From a virus (lineage: Duplodnaviria > Caudoviricetes), in IMG/VR virus record IMGVR_UViG_3300049298_000011, positions 1-46,019 of that record: DNA of 46,019 bases; one strand, given 5' to 3'. The notes under the pieces were generated by a model, which was not told the DNA's origin, did no database searches, and worked only from the letters and a program-made list of their open reading frames with translations. Shown one piece after another: positions 8,539 through 16,924 of the stretch (position 1 is the first letter of the stretch; each line of letters opens with the position of its first letter). A program made the position numbers and the translations under genes.

Positions 8539-8832
8539 ATGAAAGGTCCAACAGCACCAGTAGACAGGAAATCCCTACTTTGGACAGCATGGGAGACATA
8601 CAAGAAGGATGACGAGTATCACGTCTCGAAGTACTGGGCTGCAAGGTCACCTGACTATATCGAGGGTGGGATGTGGGCAGCATTTGTTGCTGGCTTCGAT
8701 CTCGGACGTACGATGGGAGAACACAAGATGCTCATTCCTGATCCCAAGCCGAGGTGGGGAGGTGCCTTCGTCTGGGCAGCCATCATCCTCGGACTGATTA
8801 CCGTGGGACTGGTTGCATACTGCAGTCCCTGA
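8539..8832 (+). CDS. Hypothetical protein with C-terminal transmembrane helix
   Basis: GAGGAG RBS; AFVWAAIILGLITVGLVAY. Confidence 0.65.
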   Translation: MKGPTAPVDRKSLLWTAWETYKKDDEYHVSKYWAARSPDYIEGGMWAAFVAGFDLGRTMGEHKMLIPDPKPRWGGAFVWAAIILGLITVGLVAYCSP

Positions 8833-8847
8833 TGTACCCTGCCGCGC

Positions 8848-8876
8848 TTGACTTTTCGGGTGCAGACTGTTATATT
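8848..8876 (+). promoter_or_regulatory. Sigma70-type promoter of the replication module
   Basis: TTGACT-N17-TATATT with extended -10 TG, intergenic. Confidence 0.8.
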
Positions 8877-8932
8877 TCATAACATGTCAATTTCGACAAC
8901 TGCTCTAGTCCGACATCTACTGGGAGGTCAGA

Positions 8933-9145
8933 ATGGCGGCGGGGAAGGAGTTCGGCGCGACAGTTCCTGAAGAGGAATGGCAGAGGTTCAAGCAGAATAC
9001 TGGCATGATCTACGGTGCTACCAACTGGTTCATCAATGCGGCGCTCAAGGAGTTCAATGATCGGGTAGATGCTAACCCGACGCTGAAGATGATGGTCCAA
9101 CAGAGCATCGAGTCCATGCTGGTCGAGAAGCGGGAAGCCAAATAA
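8933..9145 (+). CDS. Putative ribbon-helix-helix DNA-binding protein
   Basis: GGAGG RBS; beta-alpha-alpha pattern EFGATVPEEEWQRFK...NWFINAALKEF; first gene after a promoter. Confidence 0.55.
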   Translation: MAAGKEFGATVPEEEWQRFKQNTGMIYGATNWFINAALKEFNDRVDANPTLKMMVQQSIESMLVEKREAK

Positions 9146-9161
9146 CCACTGGGAGGAAGTA

Positions 9162-10100
9162 GTGAACGACTCCGGAAGATCGTTCCTACCTGTGATTGAT
9201 CGGCCACTAGATAATACCGCGATGTCAGCGTACATGACCTGTCCTCGCGAGTATTACTATAGTATGGTCCTTCATCGCAGGGGAAAAGGTAAGTCGCCAG
9301 CTCTTGTGTTTGGATCTGCATGGCATAAAGCTATGGAGATGCATTACAAGTCTGGTGGAGACCGTGACTTCGTGCGGTATGTAGTCGCAGAGTCATGGGA
9401 AGGACACGACAGCGCAGACGACTATCGCACGCTGAATCGTGTACTGTTGGACTATGATCGCTATGTCAAGGAGTATGGTGCTGACCCCATGAAGGAAGAT
9501 GTGGGGCTGACGTTAGGCGGCGTAGGTCCAGACGCAATGGTCGAGATGGCTACCAATGCTCAGGGTGAGGATTTACTTCATCCGTGGGCTGGCAAGCTGG
9601 ACCGCTTCATCCAGATCGACGCGCTCAACTACGTCGAGGATCACAAGACGACGAGCCGTCTGGATAAGCACTACTTTCGCCAGTTCGAGCTCTCGAACCA
9701 GATGATGGGCTACACCTACCTCGGCAATCAGTTGCTACCAGCCGACAAGATCGTAGGTGTGCGTATCAATGTAGCTCACGTACTCACTGAGAAGACGACC
9801 TTCATCCGCCAGGTTATTACGTTCGGCCCTAGTCAGATCAAGGACTGGGCTAAGAACATCAACCACTGGATGAGACGGCTCGCCAAGGACTACGAGCTTG
9901 CAGCGGAGTCCACCTACGAGGACATCGTTCGTGGAGACTCGCCGGCCTTTCCCCTGCACTTCGGCGACAATGGCTGCTCCCGCAAGTTCGGCATGTGTCA
10001 GTACTACTCCGTGTGCAGTAGTTCCCCGAAGCTTCGGCAGGGCGTGCTGGAGCGAGAGTTCGAGATCAATCCTTGGAATCCGCTGGAGGCAGACGAATGA
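9162..10100 (+). CDS. PD-(D/E)XK Cas4-like exonuclease
   Basis: YMTCPR, FGSAWH, GKLD...EDHKT, QMMGY, C-terminal C-x6-C-x5-C (1+3 Cys Fe-S pattern). Confidence 0.88.
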   Translation: MNDSGRSFLPVIDRPLDNTAMSAYMTCPREYYYSMVLHRRGKGKSPALVFGSAWHKAMEMHYKSGGDRDFVRYVVAESWEGHDSADDYRTLNRVLLDYDRYVKEYGADPMKEDVGLTLGGVGPDAMVEMATNAQGEDLLHPWAGKLDRFIQIDALNYVEDHKTTSRLDKHYFRQFELSNQMMGYTYLGNQLLPADKIVGVRINVAHVLTEKTTFIRQVITFGPSQIKDWAKNINHWMRRLAKDYELAAESTYEDIVRGDSPAFPLHFGDNGCSRKFGMCQYYSVCSSSPKLRQGVLEREFEINPWNPLEADE

Positions 10101-10261
10101 GGGAGAAGGGCAAGCTGCAGGCACTCGAGGAGAAGCTCGGCATCGAGAATGAACCCATGTTCTCGATTGAGGAGCGGCTCATTCGAGTGGCCGACGCGCA
10201 GCAGAAGCAGATCGACAGGCTGATGCGGCTGATGGAAGTCGATCAAGGGAGTGAGGAGTGA
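10097..10261 (+). CDS. Small coiled-coil protein
   Basis: GGAGG RBS; ATGA and GTGA overlaps. Confidence 0.6.
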   Translation: MREKGKLQALEEKLGIENEPMFSIEERLIRVADAQQKQIDRLMRLMEVDQGSEE

Positions 10262-10620
10262 GTAAGATTCCAGTATTCAAGCCGATGCCAGGAAAGATCG
10301 TGGCTAAGGTCATCGGTGAGCGTGGAGTCTACGGCAGTGGGATCATCCTGAAGCCGGCGACGGTAAGAAATCCGCGCACGACTGCAGAAGTCATTGCAGT
10401 GTATGAGCCCTTCCTCGTGAACAATGAGGAGACAGAGGCGTACGTTCAGGTAGGTGACAAGATCATCTTCGGTATGCACTCAGGTATCGAGATTGAGTAT
10501 GGTACTGAGAAAGTCATCATCCTGCGCGAGCAGGAAATCCTTACCAAGGTTGAAACTGATGACGTGAGTGACATCTCAGTTGTCAGCAACACTGCAGGAT
10601 TCGATGATCTGGAGGGATGA
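10258..10620 (+). CDS. groES: Co-chaperonin GroES-like protein
   Basis: KPMPGKIVAK, GSGIIL mobile loop, AEVIAV, VQVGDKIIF...SGIEI...ILREQEIL. Confidence 0.9.
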   Translation: MSKIPVFKPMPGKIVAKVIGERGVYGSGIILKPATVRNPRTTAEVIAVYEPFLVNNEETEAYVQVGDKIIFGMHSGIEIEYGTEKVIILREQEILTKVETDDVSDISVVSNTAGFDDLEG

Positions 10621-10790
10621 TGAAGCGCAAGAAGCTATTCATCGTACATAGGAGTGATGGAGACTACGATCTCGTGTTTGCTTTCAACGACAAGGAGATC
10701 GCCATTATTCCTGTTGGCAACGACGAGGATGCAGTAGCTGCTGCATACTATCTTGTCAACGCCTTCAACAAAGCTCAACCCGAGGACTGA
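10617..10790 (+). CDS. Small hypothetical protein (57 aa, MMKRKKLFIVHRSDGDYDLVF...)
   Basis: Hand-translated; GGAGG RBS; fills gap; TGATG overlap with the ATPase gene. Confidence 0.65.
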   Translation: MMKRKKLFIVHRSDGDYDLVFAFNDKEIAIIPVGNDEDAVAAAYYLVNAFNKAQPED

Positions 10791-11563
10791 TGCCGAATAC
10801 GAAAGACGACCAGGCTAGCGCGTATCCTAGTATCCTGCTCGTAGGTGAGTCTGGTACTCACAAGACGTACTTCCTCGGAACGGTTCCGGGTCTGTTCTTA
10901 TTCGACTTTGATAAGACCAAGCGAGTACTCGCCGGAAAGGACATCGAGTACGAGACCTTCCGTGATGCTCCGTACGGCAGCAAGCTCTACAATCCAGAGA
11001 AGGGAATCTACCAATATGGCAAGGCATATCCTGCCTTCCTCAAGAAGCTCAACGAGATTGGGTCTCAGATGGAGAAGGGTACCTGTCCATATCAGGCGAT
11101 CGGCGTAGACAGCCTGACGTTCCTTGGGAACATTGCACTGAACCACGTGCTAGCTGAGTCGAACCAGTCCAATATCAGCGCGGTTCGCGAGAACAAGACG
11201 AACATTGACCAGGGTCTGTGGGGTACACAGATGCGGTTGCTGGAAGCAGTGTTCGATCAGCTGACGTCGTGGGACATTGTGAAGGTTGTCACGAGTCATG
11301 TGCAGAAGGACACGAACACTGTTACTGATACCATCGAGAAGCTGCCGCTCGTCACCGGCAAGCTGGCCGGCAAGATCGGAGGGTTCTTTGACGAGGTCTG
11401 GTACACCAGTACCGAGGGCCGAGGCGATCAGCAGAAGTTCGTGCTTCGCACCTCGAAGGATACGATCATGGCTCAGGCCAAGAGTCCTTCGGGTGTGCCA
11501 GACAAGACTCCTACTGAATGGAAAGCTGTAGCGTCGTATCTGTTCGGTAAGAAGGTCGCGTAG
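10790..11563 (+). CDS. Sak4-like / AAA_24 P-loop ATPase (single-strand annealing)
   Basis: Walker A GESGTHKT, FDFD, Walker B IGVDSLT, TSH, GFFDEV, AKS; lies between exonuclease and SSB-like gene. Confidence 0.85.
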   Translation: MPNTKDDQASAYPSILLVGESGTHKTYFLGTVPGLFLFDFDKTKRVLAGKDIEYETFRDAPYGSKLYNPEKGIYQYGKAYPAFLKKLNEIGSQMEKGTCPYQAIGVDSLTFLGNIALNHVLAESNQSNISAVRENKTNIDQGLWGTQMRLLEAVFDQLTSWDIVKVVTSHVQKDTNTVTDTIEKLPLVTGKLAGKIGGFFDEVWYTSTEGRGDQQKFVLRTSKDTIMAQAKSPSGVPDKTPTEWKAVASYLFGKKVA

Positions 11564-11640
11564 TGGTAGCATTCATCCTAATCATCATTCTCTGTGTGGT
11601 GATTATTAGATGTATCTACATCGCAGACAAGTACCTTTAG
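11563..11640 (+). CDS. Tiny hydrophobic peptide (MVAFILIIILCVVIIRCIYIADKYL)
   Basis: Hand-translated; TAGTG overlap, GAAGG RBS; single transmembrane helix. Confidence 0.45.
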   Translation: MVAFILIIILCVVIIRCIYIADKYL

Positions 11641-11713
11641 GTTGGCGGCTATCCTACATAAAAACCGTCACCGGCTTTGCCGGAGAGTCTTTACTCATGG
11701 GAGGCAACACAGT

Positions 11714-12154
11714 ATGGCTAAGGTCAAGGCATCACTGGCAGATGTCAGCACGAAGTACGAGCTCATTCCCCCGGACGCCTACCGTCTGAAGGTGGAGGAG
11801 ATCAAGGAGAAGACGGAGAACGGTCGCCAGAACTTCAACGTCAAGGTCGTAGTAAACGACAATGGCGAGAGTCACGGCAAGCCGATCTTCCACAACATCG
11901 CTATGCACAAGAAGGATGGCGAGCCGAACCAGGCTGGCATGGCGGATCTCAAGCGGTTCGCAGAAGCGATTCTGGGGATCGACCCGGACGACGAGGATTA
12001 CGACTGGGACTCGTTCGACACGGACGATCTGCTGAAGGGTGAGTTCATGGCAGATGTCGTGATCGAGAACTGGGTGAAGGACGAAGGCAAGCCCACGGAG
12101 AAGAAGGGCCAGTCGAACAAGCTCAAGAGCACGTCGATCAGCCCGCTGAACTAA
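11714..12154 (+). CDS. DUF669-like single-stranded DNA-binding protein
   Basis: GGAGG RBS at ATG 11714; YELIPPDAYRLKV start, beta-rich; follows Sak4-like gene. Confidence 0.7.
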   Translation: MAKVKASLADVSTKYELIPPDAYRLKVEEIKEKTENGRQNFNVKVVVNDNGESHGKPIFHNIAMHKKDGEPNQAGMADLKRFAEAILGIDPDDEDYDWDSFDTDDLLKGEFMADVVIENWVKDEGKPTEKKGQSNKLKSTSISPLN

Positions 12155-12162
12155 GCGGCGAA

Positions 12163-12249
12163 TGGAGGCAGGTGTGACAGTAGGTGAAAACGAGAATGCG
12201 GTCAGCTAATCGTCAAACGCTCTGGCCCCGCTCTGACTGCCTGCCTCCA
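12163..12249 (+). other. Intergenic long stem-loop (processing site, terminator or ncRNA)
   Basis: TGGAGGCAGG 12163-12172 pairs with CCTGCCTCCA 12240-12249. Confidence 0.5.
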
Positions 12250-12257
12250 ACCCTTCC

Positions 12258-12278
12258 CTAATTACCCGGAGTAATTAG
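12258..12278. promoter_or_regulatory. Palindromic site copy 3, overlapping RBS of the ParB-MTase gene
   Basis: CTAATTAC CCGGA GTAATTAG tca ATG. Confidence 0.9.
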
Positions 12279-12281
12279 TCA

Positions 12282-13790
12282 ATGTCCGATAATAGTCTGG
12301 TCCAAGAGGCCAGAGCCCTAAGTAGTCATGTCAGTATATTGGACATCTTCGTCGGAGCTCGGCGCCGTAAGGACTACGGGAACATCGAGGATCTGGCAAA
12401 GGACTTCCAGGAAAACGGACAGATTACGGCAATTACAGTTCGTCCTCCCAACGAGGATGAGCTTGCAGATCCGGAGTACAACAAGGAGCCTTGGGTTCTC
12501 ATTGCTGGCGGTCGGCGTATGGCTGCTGCAATGCGGCTCGGGTGGACAACGATCAGAGCTATTGATCGTGAGGCAATGGACCCGCTCAAGCATCGTGTTC
12601 TGGAGCTGGCTGAGAATCTTCAGCGAAAGGACATGGACTTCGTAGAGGTCGTCAAGGCCAAGCAGGAGATGTTCCTCATCAGGGCCGAGCAGAATCCTGA
12701 GATTACTCAGGCCGAGGTTGCGAGGGAGATTGGTGAGACGCCGGCGAACTTCAGCCGTGACCTCAATGTAGCTCAGCTGATTGAGTCGCGCCCCGAACTG
12801 AAGGCAGCCAGCAGTAAGAAGGCCGTACTTCGTGCTGGCAAGATGATTGGCCATCTGGAAGCGAGAGTGGCTCGTGAATCAATTACAGGAGGTAGCGGAC
12901 TGGCTGAACTGGCAGCCCGAATGGTCACTGCTGAAGCCGGAACTTGGCTACGTGGACAGCCCGAAGGGCGGTTCGACGCAGTTATTAGCGATCCCCCCTA
13001 TGGAATTGATCACTACAAGCAGGGTCACAAGACAGTTAGTGGCGAAGCTGGGCTGTCCGAGTATGATGACTCGGAGGGCGTGTCTCTAGACCTGTACGTA
13101 GACGTGGTTCCGGAGATGATTCGTGTGACTCGTAAGACTGGTTGGATCGTCCTGTTTCAGGCCGAGGCCAACTACGAGTTCCTGAAGAATCTGTTCGAGA
13201 CCTGTTGCTGCACGCACTACTGCTACAAGGAGAACCCACTGAACAACGTGTGCTCTGCTTGGTACGATGGTGGTGCTGACTGTCGGTTCCGTAAGGTGGA
13301 GGAACCACGCTGGATCTGGTATCGGCCGAACTCGCAGAACAATCCTCGGTATCCTGAGGAGCATGCGAAGAACGTGTACGAGCATCTGCTGGTATTCAAC
13401 AGAGGTCAGGGCAAGCTCCTGCGTCCGTGTGACAACCTGCTGGCATATGAGGCAGAATATGGCAGCCGTATCCACGCCATGCAGAAGCCAATCGAACTGC
13501 TCAAGGATCTGATCAGTCGGGTTACACTGACGGGCGAGTCCATCTGCGATCCGTTCTTCGGCAGTGGCTCGACGCTGAAAGCTGGGGCGCAGCTGGCCAG
13601 GGATATTTGGGGGTGCGAGAAGAATCCCGCGCTGCATGATCCTGCGATGGGATACGTCAGCCAAGACTGGAATGGTACTTCACCTCGCGCAACGCAGGAC
13701 AACACGACGTCAGACTACCTCGACACGCAGCTTGCAGATTTCAGCGAGGAGGATGCTGACGATATGGAGGAGCTCGATGTCGAAGCGTGA
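12282..13790 (+). CDS. ParB-like N-domain + HTH fused to N6A/N4C DNA methyltransferase
   Basis: RRRKDYG, LIAGGRR, ELAENLQRKD (ParB); TQAEVAREIG..PANFSRDL (HTH); DPPY, QKPIELL, DPFFGSGST (beta-class MTase). Confidence 0.9.
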   Translation: MSDNSLVQEARALSSHVSILDIFVGARRRKDYGNIEDLAKDFQENGQITAITVRPPNEDELADPEYNKEPWVLIAGGRRMAAAMRLGWTTIRAIDREAMDPLKHRVLELAENLQRKDMDFVEVVKAKQEMFLIRAEQNPEITQAEVAREIGETPANFSRDLNVAQLIESRPELKAASSKKAVLRAGKMIGHLEARVARESITGGSGLAELAARMVTAEAGTWLRGQPEGRFDAVISDPPYGIDHYKQGHKTVSGEAGLSEYDDSEGVSLDLYVDVVPEMIRVTRKTGWIVLFQAEANYEFLKNLFETCCCTHYCYKENPLNNVCSAWYDGGADCRFRKVEEPRWIWYRPNSQNNPRYPEEHAKNVYEHLLVFNRGQGKLLRPCDNLLAYEAEYGSRIHAMQKPIELLKDLISRVTLTGESICDPFFGSGSTLKAGAQLARDIWGCEKNPALHDPAMGYVSQDWNGTSPRATQDNTTSDYLDTQLADFSEEDADDMEELDVEA

Positions 13791-13953
13791 GCTGATTCCT
13801 GTAACGCTGCTGGAATGGTACTGTCCTACCTGCGATCACTTCAAGATGGTAGGCGTAGCGGAGAACGGCAGGGTTGCCTGCCTACGTTGTGGAACTGTCC
13901 TTGCTACGATTCTGGTCAAGGACCCTAACCAGGTCGCGCTTCCTCTTGATTAG
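13777..13953 (+). CDS. Small zinc-ribbon protein
   Basis: GGAGG RBS; CPTC...CLRC. Confidence 0.65.
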   Translation: MSKRELIPVTLLEWYCPTCDHFKMVGVAENGRVACLRCGTVLATILVKDPNQVALPLD

Positions 13954-16438
13954 AGTTCCTGCCATCGGCCCCGAGAATGCCAGGATTATGATTGTCGGGG
14001 AGGCACCGGGAGCTACGGAGGAGTCTGAGGGTAGGCCGTTCGTTGGACCTGCTGGCAAGATGCTCCGTAACTTCCTGAACCGTGCCGGGATAGATCCAGA
14101 TGAGGTCTATCTAACGAACATCTGTAAGTACAGGCCTCCCGGGAACAAGCTGGAGAAGTGGTTCCATAGGGGAGGTCTGCCAAATGATGTAGTCATGCAC
14201 GGAATGATCGAGCTACAGGAGGACATTCAGCGGATTCGTCCAAATGTAGTAGTCGCTTGCGGAAACTTCCCGTTGTGGGCACTCACTGGAATCGGCAAGT
14301 GGAATGAAAAGGAGACAGAGACCAGCGCGAGAGGTTACTCAGGGATTTCTAAATGGCGGGGCTCCATTCTGGAATCGAGTATGGTTCCAGGAGTCAAGGT
14401 TATCCCGACTTTCCATCCCTCCTACATCAACAGAGAGGGGTACTCTGATCACGGAACTTGGTCAGTGGACCTTGATCGGATCGCCAGAGAGTCCGCTTTT
14501 CCTGAAGTCCGTGTACCAGTCAAGAATCCTATCATCGACCCTACGGGTATACAACGCACTGACTTCCGAAAGAGAGTCTTGGATGCAGCTAGTGACCCAT
14601 CCAAGATTCTTACGTTCGACATCGAGTACATAGGTGAGAAGCTACTGTGTGTAGGTATGACGCTGGATAGAGACAATCCAGTGGTGGTACCAACACGCAG
14701 CCCGAGCGACATCCACTACTGTAGGGACATCCTGCTTAGTGGTATTGGGCTCAATGCACAGAACGCAGCATTCGATTGCAGCATCTTGGAATGGTGGTAT
14801 CAGATGCCGGTGTATCAGTATCTGCGCTACGATACCATGTTGGCAGCACACTCAGCAAACATCGAGCTACCAAAGTCCCTTGAGTACCTGTGCTCGATCT
14901 ATACGGATCAGCGCTACTACAAGGACATGGTAGACTGGAACCTGATCAAGAAGGGTAAGCAGAGTTTCAGTACCTTGTACGAGTACAATGCTATTGATAC
15001 ATGGACGCAGCATCAAATCATGGAGGAGCAGATCAAGGAGGATCTGACCGAGGATTGTGTTCGGGCTACCTTCGAGTTTGAGATGCAGCTCCTGCGTCCA
15101 TTGTGGGAGATGAGCAAGCGCGGCGTGAGGGTAGACATCGCCGCTGTTCGACAACTGGAGATTACACTGAAGAACGAAATCGTAGCGTACGATGCGCTCC
15201 TCAGTATGACAGCCGGCCGCAAGGTCAATGTCATGTCTCCGAACGATCTGCGCTGGTTGCTGTTCGAGAAGTATGGACTCACGCCAGTCAAGCGTACCAA
15301 GACTGGAGCATCAACCGATGACAAGAGCTTGGCCGAACTTCTCACGAAGGCTAGCGGCGAAGCTGTGGAGGTTATTACTCTTGTCCGAGACATCAAGTCC
15401 AGACGAAGCCTTGTCTCCAAGTTCATTGGCATCGAACTGGATGATGACGGTAGGCTACGAGGACAGTACAATCCGGCTGGCACTGATACCGGACGACTTG
15501 CGAGCAAAAAGTTCTATCCCACCGGCAGAGGTGCTAATCAACAGAACCAACCTCGCGATAAACGAGTACGCTCCGTTTTTCTCCCTGACGAAGGGTTCGA
15601 GTTTGGCTACGCTGATCTCGAGCGAGCTGAGTCACTTGTCGTCGCTAAGATCACTAGCGATCCGGAGATGCTACGTGTACATCAACCTGGGATTGATGCG
15701 CACAAGGAACTCGCCGCGCAGCTTTTCGGTTGCCGAGTCGAAGACGTCACTGATGATCAGCGCTACCTTGGCAAGAAGACGCGGCATGCCGGAAACTACA
15801 TGCAGGGTCCTCTTCGATTTATGAAGGAGATCAATAAGGATGCAGCCAAGACAGGTGTCTCAATTGACTTCTCGGAAGCGAAGCACTACATCAATACCTA
15901 CCGGGAAATCAACCAGTGTCTGCAGCCTTGGTGGCATGAAACCGAGATCGAGTTGTATCAGTCTCGCACGCTGTACAATCTTCTGGGTCGTAAGCGGGTG
16001 TTCTACTCATGCCGGCCAACTGGACATAACTCAGTTAGTGAACTCCCCAACGCAGTAGCGTTTGTGCCGCAATCAACCGTAGGGGATACACTCAACGTCG
16101 GCCTGTTGCAATTGAGTGGCGTAGCGTGTCAATACGGGGCAAAGCGGGGCATTATAACGCGGATTGCGGAACACCTTCCTGTACTCCGGGCGGCGCGGTT
16201 CCAGACCCTGATGCAGATTCACGATGCTGTAGCGTACCAGTACGATCCTAAGTACCGAGACGAGGTGGGTCACGCCATCCGGGAGCTGATGCGCGTTCCG
16301 CTGACTGTTCCTAAGACCGGCGAGGTCTTCGAGATTCCCGTTGAAATCCAGGTTGGCAAATCTTGGGGAGAGGTGAAGGTATGGCACGAGGCACGAGTGA
16401 ACGAATCTTCGACATCCTCCGTGGCGCTCGCCAGCTGA
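13946..16438 (+). CDS. polA: Family A DNA polymerase with N-terminal uracil-DNA glycosylase (family 4-like) domain and 3'-5' exonuclease
   Basis: GEAPG..E...GRPFVGPAG, RPPGN, HPS (UDG); FDIE, NAAFD, YNAID (exo); TGRL, ADLERAE, RYLGKKTRHAGNY, QIHD (pol). Start uncertain (TTG 13946 chosen; frame open from 13874). Confidence 0.95.
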   Translation: MIRVPAIGPENARIMIVGEAPGATEESEGRPFVGPAGKMLRNFLNRAGIDPDEVYLTNICKYRPPGNKLEKWFHRGGLPNDVVMHGMIELQEDIQRIRPNVVVACGNFPLWALTGIGKWNEKETETSARGYSGISKWRGSILESSMVPGVKVIPTFHPSYINREGYSDHGTWSVDLDRIARESAFPEVRVPVKNPIIDPTGIQRTDFRKRVLDAASDPSKILTFDIEYIGEKLLCVGMTLDRDNPVVVPTRSPSDIHYCRDILLSGIGLNAQNAAFDCSILEWWYQMPVYQYLRYDTMLAAHSANIELPKSLEYLCSIYTDQRYYKDMVDWNLIKKGKQSFSTLYEYNAIDTWTQHQIMEEQIKEDLTEDCVRATFEFEMQLLRPLWEMSKRGVRVDIAAVRQLEITLKNEIVAYDALLSMTAGRKVNVMSPNDLRWLLFEKYGLTPVKRTKTGASTDDKSLAELLTKASGEAVEVITLVRDIKSRRSLVSKFIGIELDDDGRLRGQYNPAGTDTGRLASKKFYPTGRGANQQNQPRDKRVRSVFLPDEGFEFGYADLERAESLVVAKITSDPEMLRVHQPGIDAHKELAAQLFGCRVEDVTDDQRYLGKKTRHAGNYMQGPLRFMKEINKDAAKTGVSIDFSEAKHYINTYREINQCLQPWWHETEIELYQSRTLYNLLGRKRVFYSCRPTGHNSVSELPNAVAFVPQSTVGDTLNVGLLQLSGVACQYGAKRGIITRIAEHLPVLRAARFQTLMQIHDAVAYQYDPKYRDEVGHAIRELMRVPLTVPKTGEVFEIPVEIQVGKSWGEVKVWHEARVNESSTSSVALAS

Positions 16439-16677
16439 ACTTCAAGCTGATCGTGGGAGCACCAGAGTGGTTGATGGATGGACAGGACATTGTGCGGATG
16501 GAGCCTCCGATGGTTCCCGGAGAGAAGCCGCAGCTGGAGTTCTACTTTACTCGGGCTGCATGGAACAAGTTCAAGGTAGACTTCCACGTAGATCAGGCCA
16601 AGTTCCCCCTCCTCAAAGGAGTTGAGATTGAGGAGTTCGACCGACCCCAGGAGGATGTGTCCAATGGAGAAGAATGA
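16381..16677 (+). CDS. Hypothetical protein
   Basis: GAGGTG RBS before ATG 16381; overlaps the 3' end of the polymerase gene. Confidence 0.65.
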   Translation: MARGTSERIFDILRGARQLNFKLIVGAPEWLMDGQDIVRMEPPMVPGEKPQLEFYFTRAAWNKFKVDFHVDQAKFPLLKGVEIEEFDRPQEDVSNGEE

Positions 16678-16924
16678 CGAGCTATTTCGTGCAGCAGCTG
16701 ACTCTATCGCGGAAGAAGTTGAGGGAACGTGCCTACGTTGTGGCCGTGGGGCAGCAAATGTGGCCGCTCCCACTCTGGATGATCTTGAAGCAATCATGCT
16801 CATCAGGGACGGCTTCAATAAGTTCCGCCGCGATTTTAGTCCTGCGGTTGCAGAACAATTCCGAAGGCTTGATCGAACGATCAGTTACCTTCATCGCATG
16901 ATTGCAGGAACGAGGGATGTCTAG
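16664..16924 (+). CDS. Hypothetical protein
   Basis: AGGAGG RBS; CLRC. Confidence 0.6.
   Translation: MEKNDELFRAAADSIAEEVEGTCLRCGRGAANVAAPTLDDLEAIMLIRDGFNKFRRDFSPAVAEQFRRLDRTISYLHRMIAGTRDV

Noticed and set aside
9162-10100. Cas4-like gene as part of a CRISPR system
   Set aside because: No repeat-spacer array or other cas genes; context is the phage exonuclease/Sak4/SSB module
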